From Promethearchaeota archaeon (GTDB lineage: Archaea > Asgardarchaeota > Lokiarchaeia > Sigyniarchaeales > SOKP01): a DNA stretch of 64,000 nt. Position 1 is the first letter of the stretch, and the number at the start of each line of letters is the position of its first letter. The position numbers and the translations under genes are program-made. The stretch spans positions 1 through 64,000 of the forward strand of contig JAHPZE010000011.1 of NCBI GenBank assembly GCA_019058365.1, read 5' to 3'. Positions 29,862-40,230 of the stretch are shown here, piece after piece. The notes below the pieces were generated by a model. It did no database searches. It was not told where the DNA came from and was given only the letters and a program-made list of their open reading frames with translations.

Positions 29862-32144
29862 ATGGCTACAAAGACAATGATGTGTTTATTTGATATAAAT
29901 ATACATAATAAGTATAAGGATTTTCTATTACAAGAGTTAGCTCAAATAAATGAAGTTCATATTAAACCAAAACAACAAATAAGTGGAAGTGTAGAAAAAG
30001 GAGAATTAACAATTGAAAAAATAAAAAAATTAAGAATTGAGTTAGAAGGATTATTCAAAATGCTTAAAATTACAGATACTGACATACACAAATTAACTAT
30101 TAAAAAAAATGAAAGAAAAGAATTTGTAGTGAAAAACATCATTGAATTAATAGACTATATTTTAGAGGAAACTAATTTTTATAGTAATCGTGTAACAGAA
30201 TTAGGAAAGTTTATCGCAAAAGTTGAAATTGAACTAAATAAAATGAAAACAATTGAAGAAAGTTATAAATTTTTAGAAAAAATAAATTTTTCTCGAGATA
30301 ATTTATCAGGCTTAAAACAATTTTCCTTTAAAGTCTTCACAACTTTTTCAAAAAACTTGATTAATATAACAAATCTTTTCGATTTCCCGAATTTTCCAAA
30401 TTTTTATGAAACACAAGAAATTTCAGAAGATAGAATAATATTTTTCACAATTTATCCTAAGGATAAAGAAGAAGATTTAAAAGAAAGAGTTCGCGTTACG
30501 TATGCTGAAGAAGTGCCCATCTTAAGAAAATATTTACTTCCCGATGGTATAAACTTTACTAGGATAGCAAGTGAGATTAATTTTATTAATAGTACTTTAA
30601 TTAAGTATGAGAAGGAATTAGAGAGACTCAGAGATGATAATATCGTTTTATTTGCTGCTATGTTCGAAATAGTTCAAAATGTTGAAGAATATAATTGGGC
30701 TGAACGGCAATTCGAAGAAATATCATCAAAAGTTTCAAAACTTCAATTCTTTGTTCCTGTGGATAAAAAGGAAGAAGTTCAACGAACATTAATAGAAAAT
30801 TTTAAAGATAAGATAACTATTCATTCAGTAGAAATATCAAAAAAAAAATTTAATAAAACAAAAGAATTAGAAAAGGATGCTCATTTAAAAGAATTATCTA
30901 ATTCTAAACTTAAATCTAAAATGGAAGAAGTTGTCTCTACCGAATTAGATACAGAAGAAGATTTGGCAGATGAAACTCCACGGATTATGAAAAATAACTT
31001 TTTTGTAAGACCTTTCGAAACGTTAACAAGAATGTATGGTACTCCCTCCTATTCTGAAATTGATCCAACACCCTTTTTAGCTATTATTTTTCCTCTTTTA
31101 TTTGGCTTGATGTTCGGTGATATTGGTCACGGGATAGTTTTAATAGTAGCAGGTTTAATCGGAGCAATTCTCTTCAGAAATAAAAAAGGAACTGATTTTT
31201 TAAATTTTTGTTGGATAATTTTTTATTGTGGTGTGGGGTCAATTTTATTTGGGCTCTTATATGGTGAATTTTTTGGAATGGAGGATATAATAATTGGGGG
31301 GCAAGTAATTCTACATTTAAGTCCAATAACGATTCCTTTTATAAATGTTACATTACATAATCCTTTAGGAAATATTATGACGATTTTCATATTTGCAATT
31401 TTAATTGGAGTCATTCATATTAATTTAGGTTGGTCTATACAATTTTTAAATTATTGGAGACAATCAAGGAGATATTTAGCATTTTCAGATTCTATAGTTA
31501 AAATAATATTATTGGTTGGAGGAACAATTTTAATTTTTACTTATCAATTTAATTTTTATGCATGGTTCGCACCACCATATCCAATTTTATTACCTTTAAT
31601 TCCAGGTATATTATTACTTATTCTAAAACCTCTTGGAAAAGTATTTGGAATAACATATATGAAAGCTGAATCATATAAAGACCTAGTAAGTGAAGGATCA
31701 ATGGAAACATTTGAAACGTTATTATCAATAATAAGTAATGTTGCATCTTATATACGATTATTAGCTTTAGCCCTAGCTCATATCTCCTTAATGATAGCCA
31801 TTCAAGCAATGGCTGATTTAATCCAAGGAGAAGGCATTCTTGTTGAAATAGTAAAAATAATAGGTTTAACTTTTGGTAATATAGTAGTCATTGCTATAGA
31901 AGGATTATTGGTTTTTATAAATGCTTTAAGGTTGAATTTTTATGAATTTTTCTTCAAATTTTATAGTGGAACAGGAACTAAATTTTATCCTTTTTATTTA
32001 GACAATAATTTTTCAATCATAAACTTTAAATTAAGTGCTGAAAAGGATATTATCTCAGAAGAAATAGAAAAGGAAATTGAATCTAAGAGAATTCATGAGG
32101 ATATTGTTGAGGCAACAAAAGTAATTTCTAAAAAATATTTTTAA
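29862..32144 (+). CDS. atpI: A/V-type ATP synthase subunit I (a)
   Basis: PFETLTRMYGTPSYSEIDPT, MFGDIGHG, essential Arg in SYIRLLALALAH, LRLNFYEFFFKFY. Confidence 0.96.
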   Translation: MATKTMMCLFDINIHNKYKDFLLQELAQINEVHIKPKQQISGSVEKGELTIEKIKKLRIELEGLFKMLKITDTDIHKLTIKKNERKEFVVKNIIELIDYILEETNFYSNRVTELGKFIAKVEIELNKMKTIEESYKFLEKINFSRDNLSGLKQFSFKVFTTFSKNLINITNLFDFPNFPNFYETQEISEDRIIFFTIYPKDKEEDLKERVRVTYAEEVPILRKYLLPDGINFTRIASEINFINSTLIKYEKELERLRDDNIVLFAAMFEIVQNVEEYNWAERQFEEISSKVSKLQFFVPVDKKEEVQRTLIENFKDKITIHSVEISKKKFNKTKELEKDAHLKELSNSKLKSKMEEVVSTELDTEEDLADETPRIMKNNFFVRPFETLTRMYGTPSYSEIDPTPFLAIIFPLLFGLMFGDIGHGIVLIVAGLIGAILFRNKKGTDFLNFCWIIFYCGVGSILFGLLYGEFFGMEDIIIGGQVILHLSPITIPFINVTLHNPLGNIMTIFIFAILIGVIHINLGWSIQFLNYWRQSRRYLAFSDSIVKIILLVGGTILIFTYQFNFYAWFAPPYPILLPLIPGILLLILKPLGKVFGITYMKAESYKDLVSEGSMETFETLLSIISNVASYIRLLALALAHISLMIAIQAMADLIQGEGILVEIVKIIGLTFGNIVVIAIEGLLVFINALRLNFYEFFFKFYSGTGTKFYPFYLDNNFSIINFKLSAEKDIISEEIEKEIESKRIHEDIVEATKVISKKYF

Positions 32145-32171
32145 CTTACATTATTGATTGATTAATGAATT

Positions 32172-32591
32172 ATGGAAAATGTTAACAAAAAAACTGCCAA
32201 GAAGGATGGCATTCGTAAATCTATTAGTTTGATCTTTCTGTTAGTTATACTTTTAACTCTTTATTATATTTTAATTAAATTCAGAACAAATCTAATAATT
32301 ATCATTCTAGTTATGAGTTTTATTCTTTTAACCTTTTTAGGGCTTATCTTTAAAAATCGGAGAAAAAGATTCTATTCCAGATTGTTCCCCGATAAAGATA
32401 AAAGAAAAAATCAAACTTATCGCCAAAGGGAAGAGTTTAAACTAGAAGTAGAACCTCACATACAAAAACTATCAGATATACATCTTAATTTCAAATATCG
32501 TAAACCTCTAATTAATAAATGTATTAAGTGCGGAATGATTCTACCGAGTTATGTAAAAAAATGTCCAATATGTGGTACTCCAAATAAGTAA
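32172..32591 (+). CDS. Small membrane protein with a C-terminal zinc ribbon
   Basis: Two TM helices and CIKCG-x8-CPICG. Confidence 0.7.
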   Translation: MENVNKKTAKKDGIRKSISLIFLLVILLTLYYILIKFRTNLIIIILVMSFILLTFLGLIFKNRRKRFYSRLFPDKDKRKNQTYRQREEFKLEVEPHIQKLSDIHLNFKYRKPLINKCIKCGMILPSYVKKCPICGTPNK

Positions 32592-32638
32592 TTTAAATGT
32601 TAATGAAAAATGAGAAAAATTAGAGAACTGGAAGTTAA

Positions 32639-34459
32639 TTGATGACATTAGAGGATTCTTCAAAATTTGGTGTAATTACAGCAATTAAAGGTTCATTAAT
32701 TGAAGTAAAAGGATTAGAAGATAATATAAAACTTCATGATTTAATTAAAATTACTAAGTATAATATACTAAGTGAAGTTATTCAAATATATTCTAATTAC
32801 ATTGTTGCTCAATGTTATGACAATACGCATAAATTAAAACTAAATGATAAAGTTATTAATCTTCAGAGACCATTATCCATGGAGTTAGGTCCTGGATTAA
32901 TGGCAAATGTTTTTGATGGGATCCAAAGACCTTTAGATACGATTTTTCAACATTTCAAAGAAGGACAATTAGAGAGGGGAATTGAATTCTCACCATTATC
33001 ACAAACAAAAAAATGGCATTTTATTCCATTAAGAAAGCCAGGTGAAGATGTAAGCAGTGGAGATATTATTGGAACTGTTCAAGAAACTCAAATTATTAAT
33101 CACAAGATAATGATACCACCAGGAATTTTTGGAAAATTATCTTTTATCGTAGAAGAAGGAGATTACTCTATCATTGATGAAATTTATTGCGTAAAAGAAA
33201 ATGATGAAGAAAAATCATATTCTTTAATGCAAAAGTGGGCAATTACTAAAAGGAGGCCCTTCAGTGAGAGAATTAAACCTTATGAACCTCTATTAACGGG
33301 AACACGTATAATTGATTTGCTATTTCCAATAGCAAAAGGAGGAACTTTAGCTATTCCTGGGGGATTTGGAACTGGAAAAACAGTTATTTTACAAACAATT
33401 GCTAAATTTTGTAATGCGGACATCATCGTATATATCGGTTGTGGCGAGCCTGGAAACGAAATTGCTAATCTTTTAAAACAATTCAAAGAAACTTATGATG
33501 CTAAAAATAGAAGACCATTGTTAGAACGCACAATTATTATTGCCAATACTTCAAATATGCCTGTTTCTGCTCGTGATGCAAGTCTTTTTTCAGGAGTAAC
33601 TATTGCAGAGTATTATAGAGATATGGGATATGATGTTGCAGTTCTCGCGGATAGTACCTCAAGATGGGCTGAATCCTTAAGAGAAATCTCCGGATTATTA
33701 GAAGAAATGCCTGCCGAACAAGGATATCCTGCATATTTACCAACAAGACTTTCGAGTTTTTACGAACGAGCTGGAGTTATTAAAACTTTAGGACAAGATC
33801 ATTCTGGAAAAGGAAATATTGGTTCTATAACAATTATAGGATCAATATCACCCCCCGCGGGAGATTTTAATGAACCAGTTACTACAGCTACTATACGGGT
33901 TGTACAAGCATTATTAGCATTAGATAATACTCTATCGTATCAAAAACAATACCCTGCTATTAATTGGTTGAAATCTTATTCAAATTATCCTGATTACATC
34001 TCAGAATGGTGGATCAATACCGATATTTATTGGTCAGAGATAGATATTGATTGGTTAGAATGTCGAAGACAAGTAGATGAAATATTATCAAAAGAAAATG
34101 ATTTAAAATTTATAATTCAATTGATTGGAAAAAAAAATTTGCCAGATGATCAAAAACTTGATCTTTTTATGGCAAAATTAATTCAAAATAGCTTGTTAAT
34201 CCAAAATGCATTTGTAGAAATTGACAATTTTACTGAATATAAAAAATTAATAGGATTAATTAAGATAATTCTTTTATTTTTCAAAGAAGGTAAAATTCTG
34301 TTAAAAAAAGGTTTTAAATTTAATGAGATTAAAGAAGAGGAAGTCTTGAATAGTATTATGAGACTCACACATTCTGTACCAAATGAAGATTTTAACCAAA
34401 TTGAACAATTTAAAAATAGGATGCTAAGTGATTTAATAAAATTGGTTTTTGTAAAATAA
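32639..34459 (+). CDS. atpA: Second A/V-ATPase subunit A paralog with an altered catalytic motif
   Basis: Full-length homolog of 25960..27810; P-loop GGFGTGKT intact but GCGEPGNE replaces GCGERGNE. Confidence 0.93.
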   Translation: MMTLEDSSKFGVITAIKGSLIEVKGLEDNIKLHDLIKITKYNILSEVIQIYSNYIVAQCYDNTHKLKLNDKVINLQRPLSMELGPGLMANVFDGIQRPLDTIFQHFKEGQLERGIEFSPLSQTKKWHFIPLRKPGEDVSSGDIIGTVQETQIINHKIMIPPGIFGKLSFIVEEGDYSIIDEIYCVKENDEEKSYSLMQKWAITKRRPFSERIKPYEPLLTGTRIIDLLFPIAKGGTLAIPGGFGTGKTVILQTIAKFCNADIIVYIGCGEPGNEIANLLKQFKETYDAKNRRPLLERTIIIANTSNMPVSARDASLFSGVTIAEYYRDMGYDVAVLADSTSRWAESLREISGLLEEMPAEQGYPAYLPTRLSSFYERAGVIKTLGQDHSGKGNIGSITIIGSISPPAGDFNEPVTTATIRVVQALLALDNTLSYQKQYPAINWLKSYSNYPDYISEWWINTDIYWSEIDIDWLECRRQVDEILSKENDLKFIIQLIGKKNLPDDQKLDLFMAKLIQNSLLIQNAFVEIDNFTEYKKLIGLIKIILLFFKEGKILLKKGFKFNEIKEEEVLNSIMRLTHSVPNEDFNQIEQFKNRMLSDLIKLVFVK

Positions 34460-34715
34460 CCTAAAAAATGAAAAATAGGAAATCAGAATTTGTTTTGGAA
34501 ATAAATTCTTATAATTCTTATGAAATTAAAAATCTCCTTAAACAAGAATCATAAATTGATGGTATTTTTAACACTATTCTTCTAGTTTTAAATTAAGAAA
34601 TAAGATATAATGTTTTAAAGAAATCATTTCAAAACTTTTAGATGAAAACGGACATATAGAAAAATTTAGAATCTCTTATATATAAATCAATAAGTTAGTA
34701 TTGTTATATATTATT

Positions 34716-35312
34716 TTATGGTTTAAACCACTCAAAGAAATAATAGCTACATGTAAGAGGATTAGCTATTACAAATTTTTTTCTAACAGATGTAGCTAAG
34801 CGACCAGCTCTTACCATATCAATAGCAGTAATTTCAGAATCATGGGGTAAGACATGAACCATGAAAAGGGAATGTTCAAGGCCAGGTCCTTTTTTATATA
34901 CTACAAAATCAGCCCCAAATTTAAGTCCAGGTCTAGGTATGTATCCTTTTTCTCTTAAATCTTTATAAATTACATATTTTTCTTTAAATTTATGATGAAT
35001 CTTAATCGCAATTTCATAAAATGTCTCGGAATTTAAGAATCTTTTATCTTTTATATCATAAATAGTGATTCCATCCTTTTCCAATAAATAATATGCTTCT
35101 ATTAATGATAATTCGCTTGGTTTAGAAAAATATTCTAATCTAGGCTTACTTATTCCTAATGGGGAGCCAAAAAATCCTTTCTTTACATATAAATATGAAG
35201 CATACAAGGGATTAAAAACAACTACTCTTGAATTGACAAATTTAGTAGGGATTTTATCTGGTACTTCGATATCATCAAGAGAGATTTCATCATCCTTTAC
35301 TTGGTTCATCAT
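34716..35312 (-). CDS. endA: tRNA-splicing endonuclease catalytic subunit
   Basis: LSLIEAYYL, YKDLREKGY, GLKFGADFVVY, PG..HS, RLATSVRKK (Tyr/His/Lys triad); contains the GFFGSPLGISKP loop. Confidence 0.95.
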   Translation of the reverse strand: MMNQVKDDEISLDDIEVPDKIPTKFVNSRVVVFNPLYASYLYVKKGFFGSPLGISKPRLEYFSKPSELSLIEAYYLLEKDGITIYDIKDKRFLNSETFYEIAIKIHHKFKEKYVIYKDLREKGYIPRPGLKFGADFVVYKKGPGLEHSLFMVHVLPHDSEITAIDMVRAGRLATSVRKKFVIANPLTCSYYFFEWFKP

Positions 35313-35431
35313 TAAAGAGGTATTAAAACTAACTTAATAATTCTTTTAAATTTACAATTAGTAGATGACATTATATAATTTTCAATATTAATAATTTTAA
35401 TAGTATAACAAAAAATACGCGTGTTAAAAAA

Positions 35432-36316
35432 ATGGTTATTAGACGAGCTGCTGTTGCGGGTAGCTTTTACCCCCGCTATAAACCAGATTTAATTAATATA
35501 TTAAAAGAATCTTTTACAAATACGGAGTTTGGACCGGGTCAAGAACCAAAGACTTTAAATCAAGAGCAAAGATCTATAATAGGCGGAGTATCTCCTCATG
35601 CTGGATATCTCTACTCAGGGTGTGCTGCAGCATTTACTTTTCTAAATTTGTTCTTAGAAAGAATACCCGATACTGTTATAGTTTTAGGTACAGATCATAT
35701 TGGTTATGGAAAAGTCGCGTTAATGGATGAGGGAGAGTGGGAGACACCTCTAGGAAATATGCATATTGATAAAGAATTATCTGAGAAAATAATAGATAAT
35801 AGTAAAATAATTATTAATGATGAGTCAGCATTCATTGGACATCCTTTTGGAAGAGAACATAATATAGAAGTACAATTACCATTTATTAAATACTGTGCTC
35901 AAGAAAAAGAAGTTAAATTTATTCCAATAATAGTATCTGTTAAAGATTTTAATAAATTGAGCAAATTATCAAACGATATTGCAAAAGCAATTAAATCTTA
36001 TGACAAGGATGTTGTAATTGTTGCTTCTTCTGATATGACTCATAAAGAGGTCTATGATTCAAAACAATTAGAAAAATTCAAGGAAATAGATCAACAAGTT
36101 ATTGATGCTTTTATTGCATTTAATCCAGAAAAAACACTTGAGGCTGCTTCAAAAACAACAGTATGTGGTTCTCAAACAATAACTTCTTTAATGATGATAG
36201 CTAAAAACTTAAATGCACGTAAAGGGAAATTATTGAAATATTATACAAGTGCTGAAAAAACTGGAAACATAAGTGGGTATTGTGTCGGTTATTTTTCAGG
36301 AGTGTTAATGAAATAA
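35432..36316 (+). CDS. MEMO1-family protein (AmmeMemoRadiSam protein B)
   Basis: RRAAVAGSFYP, PHAGYLYSG, EHNIEVQLPF, ASSDMTH, TVCG. Confidence 0.93.
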   Translation: MVIRRAAVAGSFYPRYKPDLINILKESFTNTEFGPGQEPKTLNQEQRSIIGGVSPHAGYLYSGCAAAFTFLNLFLERIPDTVIVLGTDHIGYGKVALMDEGEWETPLGNMHIDKELSEKIIDNSKIIINDESAFIGHPFGREHNIEVQLPFIKYCAQEKEVKFIPIIVSVKDFNKLSKLSNDIAKAIKSYDKDVVIVASSDMTHKEVYDSKQLEKFKEIDQQVIDAFIAFNPEKTLEAASKTTVCGSQTITSLMMIAKNLNARKGKLLKYYTSAEKTGNISGYCVGYFSGVLMK

Positions 36317-36364
36317 ATCACATAAACAATACAAAAATTAGAGTAAAAAAAGTTTTGAAGTAAA

Positions 36365-37492
36365 ATGCCAGAAAATAATGAAAAGGTTGAGGATTTCATA
36401 AGCTTGTGGAGAAAAAAGATGGAAAGTGAAATCAAAAAACCTAGTGCCATCGGAGAAACAATAGATAGAATTAAGGAAATAGAAGAAGAGAATGAACAAC
36501 TGAGAAATAAAATTAAAGAGAATATAAATTTAATAAGTAAAACAGAAAAAATTGTTAAAAATACTATTGATGAGAACGCGAGACTGAAAGAACAGTTAAA
36601 ACAAGTAGGGATGAGCGGTGGAATAAATATAGGTGATATTCAACAAGAAAATATTAAACTTAATAATCAAATAATCAGATTAGAAAAAAACCTCACTGAA
36701 AAAGAAGTAGAATTAAGAGCAAGAAATCATGAAATTACTGAATTAAAAACTAAATTAGAAGTAGCCTTAAAGACATCTCAATCTATTAGCATTTCTACCC
36801 CTGAAACCGATTCTACAGTAACCACAGAGTTGATTGATAATTTGAAATCCGAATTATCGAAAAAGAAATCTCAAATTGATGAATTAGATAAGAAAATTGA
36901 TGAATTAATACAAGAAAATGACGCATTAAATGAACAATTGATAGAAAAAATGAAAACATTACCGATAGATTATGTTGTTCCAGTAGAGCCACCAAAATCA
37001 TCGGTGATAAAACCTCAATCGGACCAGCCCTCATCGCAAACATTAGAAACTTTATGTCAAGATCTTCAATCAGATTTAACCAAGTATAAGCGAATGGTGG
37101 ACAAATTAAGTAAAGAAAAATCTGAACTTCAAGTAGCAATTGAAAGTGGAGGATTCAAATTAGAGCCAGATGAGATAAAAGAACTTAAGAGTGAGAATGA
37201 GGAACTAAAAAATGAACTTTCTCAAATACAAAAATCTCTGAGAGAGAAATCAGAGGAATCTGCTTTAACACCCCAGATGAATGAACTTGAAAAAAAAATC
37301 TCTGAAATTCGAGAGCAATTAAATCAGAAGGATCACTTGATAGCAGAATTAAAAGCAATGGAGAAACCACTACCGATAATTCACAAAGGACCTATGTCGG
37401 ATTTAGTAGAAGATTTGCAAAATAAAATAAATAAGTTAAAAATAACAATAGATGAAAAAGATAAAATAATTGAACAATTAAAATCATCATAA
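36365..37492 (+). CDS. Long coiled-coil protein
   Basis: 375 aa of heptad-rich helices separated by Pro/Ser/Gly linkers. Confidence 0.7.
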   Translation: MPENNEKVEDFISLWRKKMESEIKKPSAIGETIDRIKEIEEENEQLRNKIKENINLISKTEKIVKNTIDENARLKEQLKQVGMSGGINIGDIQQENIKLNNQIIRLEKNLTEKEVELRARNHEITELKTKLEVALKTSQSISISTPETDSTVTTELIDNLKSELSKKKSQIDELDKKIDELIQENDALNEQLIEKMKTLPIDYVVPVEPPKSSVIKPQSDQPSSQTLETLCQDLQSDLTKYKRMVDKLSKEKSELQVAIESGGFKLEPDEIKELKSENEELKNELSQIQKSLREKSEESALTPQMNELEKKISEIREQLNQKDHLIAELKAMEKPLPIIHKGPMSDLVEDLQNKINKLKITIDEKDKIIEQLKSS

Positions 37493-38476
37493 ATGAAAAC
37501 CTATAATAAAAATCATCCCTCCATAATTTTTGCTGGCTCTTTCTCGATTGATCATATAATACGTTTTAAACGCTTGAATAAGCCCAGTCTTGGAGGAAGC
37601 GTATCATACTGCTCCTTAGCACTTAGTTATTATACCCAAGATGCTAAAATTGGCATAATTTCACATATAGGCAAAATAAATTTAAAAAATTCCCTATTAG
37701 ATAAAATACAGAATAAAAATATTGATTTAAAAGGAATTAAATACTCTCATGTAAAAAATACGAATTTCGTATTAGATTATTTTGATCATGCAAGAACATT
37801 AACGCTAAAATCTAAAAGCCCCAATCTTAAGTTTAGCGATATTCCATCAGAATATCTTAAATATCCTCCAGATGTATTTGTACTTGTTCCATTATGTAAT
37901 GAAATTTCAATTGAATATGTGACTCAAATTTTAAAAAAATTTCCCGATACTTATATCGGTATAGATTTACAAGGTTTTATTAGAAAAATTGATGAAAATG
38001 GCAAAGTGGCATATATTCATGACAATGAAATCATCTCTAATATGAAAAGAATTATTAATATAATTGGAGACAAGTTGATATTGAAAGGTTCAGAGGAAGA
38101 AATGAGTCTACTTGCCGGAATTTGTAATAATTTTGATAAGGTTATGACTCACTGTAATGAATATAATAATAACGGAATTTACATTATGACATTAGGAGAA
38201 AAAGGGTCTATGCTCACTAAAAAAGGAGAAAAAATCTTAAAAATTCCTGCATTTAAACCCCGGAGAGTTATAGATGAAACTGGGGCAGGAGATGTGTACC
38301 TTTCAATCTTTTTATTTGAATTTATGCATTCTGATAAATCTTGGAAATCTGTCGAAAAAGCTGCTTATTTTGCATCAGCAGCAGCTTCCTTTTTAGTAGA
38401 AAAAAAAGGACCCTCTGGTTTTGAAACGAAAAAAGCAGTTTTGAAAAGGTTAGAGAAAAAAAGATATATCAATTAA
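37493..38476 (+). CDS. PfkB-family carbohydrate kinase
   Basis: GGSVSY, IDLQGFIR, TLGEKGS, DETGAGD. Confidence 0.9.
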   Translation: MKTYNKNHPSIIFAGSFSIDHIIRFKRLNKPSLGGSVSYCSLALSYYTQDAKIGIISHIGKINLKNSLLDKIQNKNIDLKGIKYSHVKNTNFVLDYFDHARTLTLKSKSPNLKFSDIPSEYLKYPPDVFVLVPLCNEISIEYVTQILKKFPDTYIGIDLQGFIRKIDENGKVAYIHDNEIISNMKRIINIIGDKLILKGSEEEMSLLAGICNNFDKVMTHCNEYNNNGIYIMTLGEKGSMLTKKGEKILKIPAFKPRRVIDETGAGDVYLSIFLFEFMHSDKSWKSVEKAAYFASAAASFLVEKKGPSGFETKKAVLKRLEKKRYIN

Positions 38477-38503
38477 ATAATAAACTCTAATTAATAATGT
38501 ATT

Positions 38504-39097
38504 ATGCATATTAATAGTCATTTTTCAATAGGAGTGATATTTGCTTCGATTCTAAACTATTATTTCAATTTTAATTTACTTGATTTTTCAATTATTATTT
38601 TATTTTCATTTATATGTGATTTCGATGTATTTTTTTCGAAATACGCAAAAGATTACAATCATAGACTTTTAATTAGTCACTCAATAATTCCAAGTATAAT
38701 AATAATACTTTTGGGATATTTAATGAATTGGATAGTACTAATTATTGGTGGTATTAATTATTTTATTCATATAATTATTGATACTATTGATTGGGGCACA
38801 AATTTATTTTATTTTCAAAAAAAACAAATTGGTTTAAAATTATTACTTACTAAGGAAGAAAATAAAAATTTGCCTAAATATTTAGCCAGATATAAAGATC
38901 CTGCATCATTTTTCGATGAAAAATATTATAATAGTAAGATATGCTTAACAATAGAAGTTATTCTATTTATTTTGATGGTAGTATTTATCTTCTTATTCGC
39001 TGTCCAATATAGTTTTATGCTCCTATTATATTTTCTTGGTTTATATTTTCATTTAAATCGTCATTTTACCTTAAAAAAAAATGAGAAAAATAATTAA
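38504..39097 (+). CDS. Membrane-bound metal-dependent hydrolase (YdjM-like)
   Basis: H-x3-H at the N-terminus, DFD, HR..SHS, HIIID within TM helices. Confidence 0.75.
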   Translation: MHINSHFSIGVIFASILNYYFNFNLLDFSIIILFSFICDFDVFFSKYAKDYNHRLLISHSIIPSIIIILLGYLMNWIVLIIGGINYFIHIIIDTIDWGTNLFYFQKKQIGLKLLLTKEENKNLPKYLARYKDPASFFDEKYYNSKICLTIEVILFILMVVFIFLFAVQYSFMLLLYFLGLYFHLNRHFTLKKNEKNN

Positions 39098-39194
39098 AAA
39101 TCTAACTTTTAATTGATAACTAAAAGATTTTTGTAAAACATTTAATTATTTACTCTAAAGTAGATAAAAATTATCGTCTTTTAAGCTGATACTG

Positions 39195-39710
39195 TTGAAT
39201 GAGAATGAGACAAAAATATTTAATTGTGATTTAAATGATACTAATTTATTTAATTGTATTCTTGAAGAATTAAATGAAGAGGATCTGAACATCTTATCAA
39301 CTAACGCTCCAATAGTACATGATAAGAAACTTATTAATTGTTTAAACGCAACTTTAGTTAATTGTTTAAGAAACAATCGAGAAGAATTAGAATTCCCGCA
39401 AGTTCAATTACACATTGTAAAAAATAAAAGTAATGATTGGATAATTGATCAAATTAATATTATAGTTAATAAGCTATTTGATGATGCTATAATTTATCAA
39501 AAAGTGAACCAATGCCTAAAATTCGTTAAAAATGCTTGCAAAATCGATGAATCTATTCAATTCTCTATTATTCAATCAGAAATTAAGGAAGAACTAAAGT
39601 TTTATAAAATTAAATTAACTGAAATAGATCAATTACTTCATGAACTTAAAGATGATAATTCAAAGCAAGAGAAATTATTCTCACTTTTTAAAAATATGAA
39701 TACTAAATAA
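39195..39710 (+). CDS. Hypothetical protein
   Basis: 171-aa ORF in a co-oriented run; no motif recognised. Confidence 0.55.
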   Translation: MNENETKIFNCDLNDTNLFNCILEELNEEDLNILSTNAPIVHDKKLINCLNATLVNCLRNNREELEFPQVQLHIVKNKSNDWIIDQINIIVNKLFDDAIIYQKVNQCLKFVKNACKIDESIQFSIIQSEIKEELKFYKIKLTEIDQLLHELKDDNSKQEKLFSLFKNMNTK

Positions 39711-39722
39711 TTTATTAACCCG

Positions 39723-40199
39723 ATGTTGATTGTTTTGGATGAAATGAAAACTAAAGTTGGATTAAAATTAGATGAATTTGAGTCTCAAATGATCTTTAAA
39801 TGTGATTTAGGTATTATGAAAGTTAAAGATTGTTATATTGATGAGGAACATCATAAGGAAGTTGATATGTTGGGACCTAATCCATCAAGGATGCTAGCAA
39901 TAGCTGTGTTAGGTTGTTTGAGTGCAAGTTTTATATTTTGTTTAAAAAAAAGAGACTTTAAGGTCGATGACTTTAAAGCTGAAGCAGAGGTTACAATTGC
40001 CAGAAATGAAAAAGGTTTCTTGAGAATTCAAAAAATTGATGTTAACATTGAACCAAAAATAGAAGATCCAGAAACACTTAAAAGAGCAAAACAATGTTTA
40101 AAATCTGCGAAAGATGGAGTAAGTTTTTTTGAACAATATTGTTTAGTAACACAGTCCGTACGTGCTGGTATCGAAGTAAATGTTAATATTGATATTTAA
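39723..40199 (+). CDS. OsmC/Ohr-family protein
   Basis: GPNPSRMLAIAVLGCL and second Cys in YCLVTQSV. Confidence 0.85.
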   Translation: MLIVLDEMKTKVGLKLDEFESQMIFKCDLGIMKVKDCYIDEEHHKEVDMLGPNPSRMLAIAVLGCLSASFIFCLKKRDFKVDDFKAEAEVTIARNEKGFLRIQKIDVNIEPKIEDPETLKRAKQCLKSAKDGVSFFEQYCLVTQSVRAGIEVNVNIDI

Positions 40200-40230
40200 T
40201 CAAATTTTTTTTTTCTTATGGTGATAAAAA

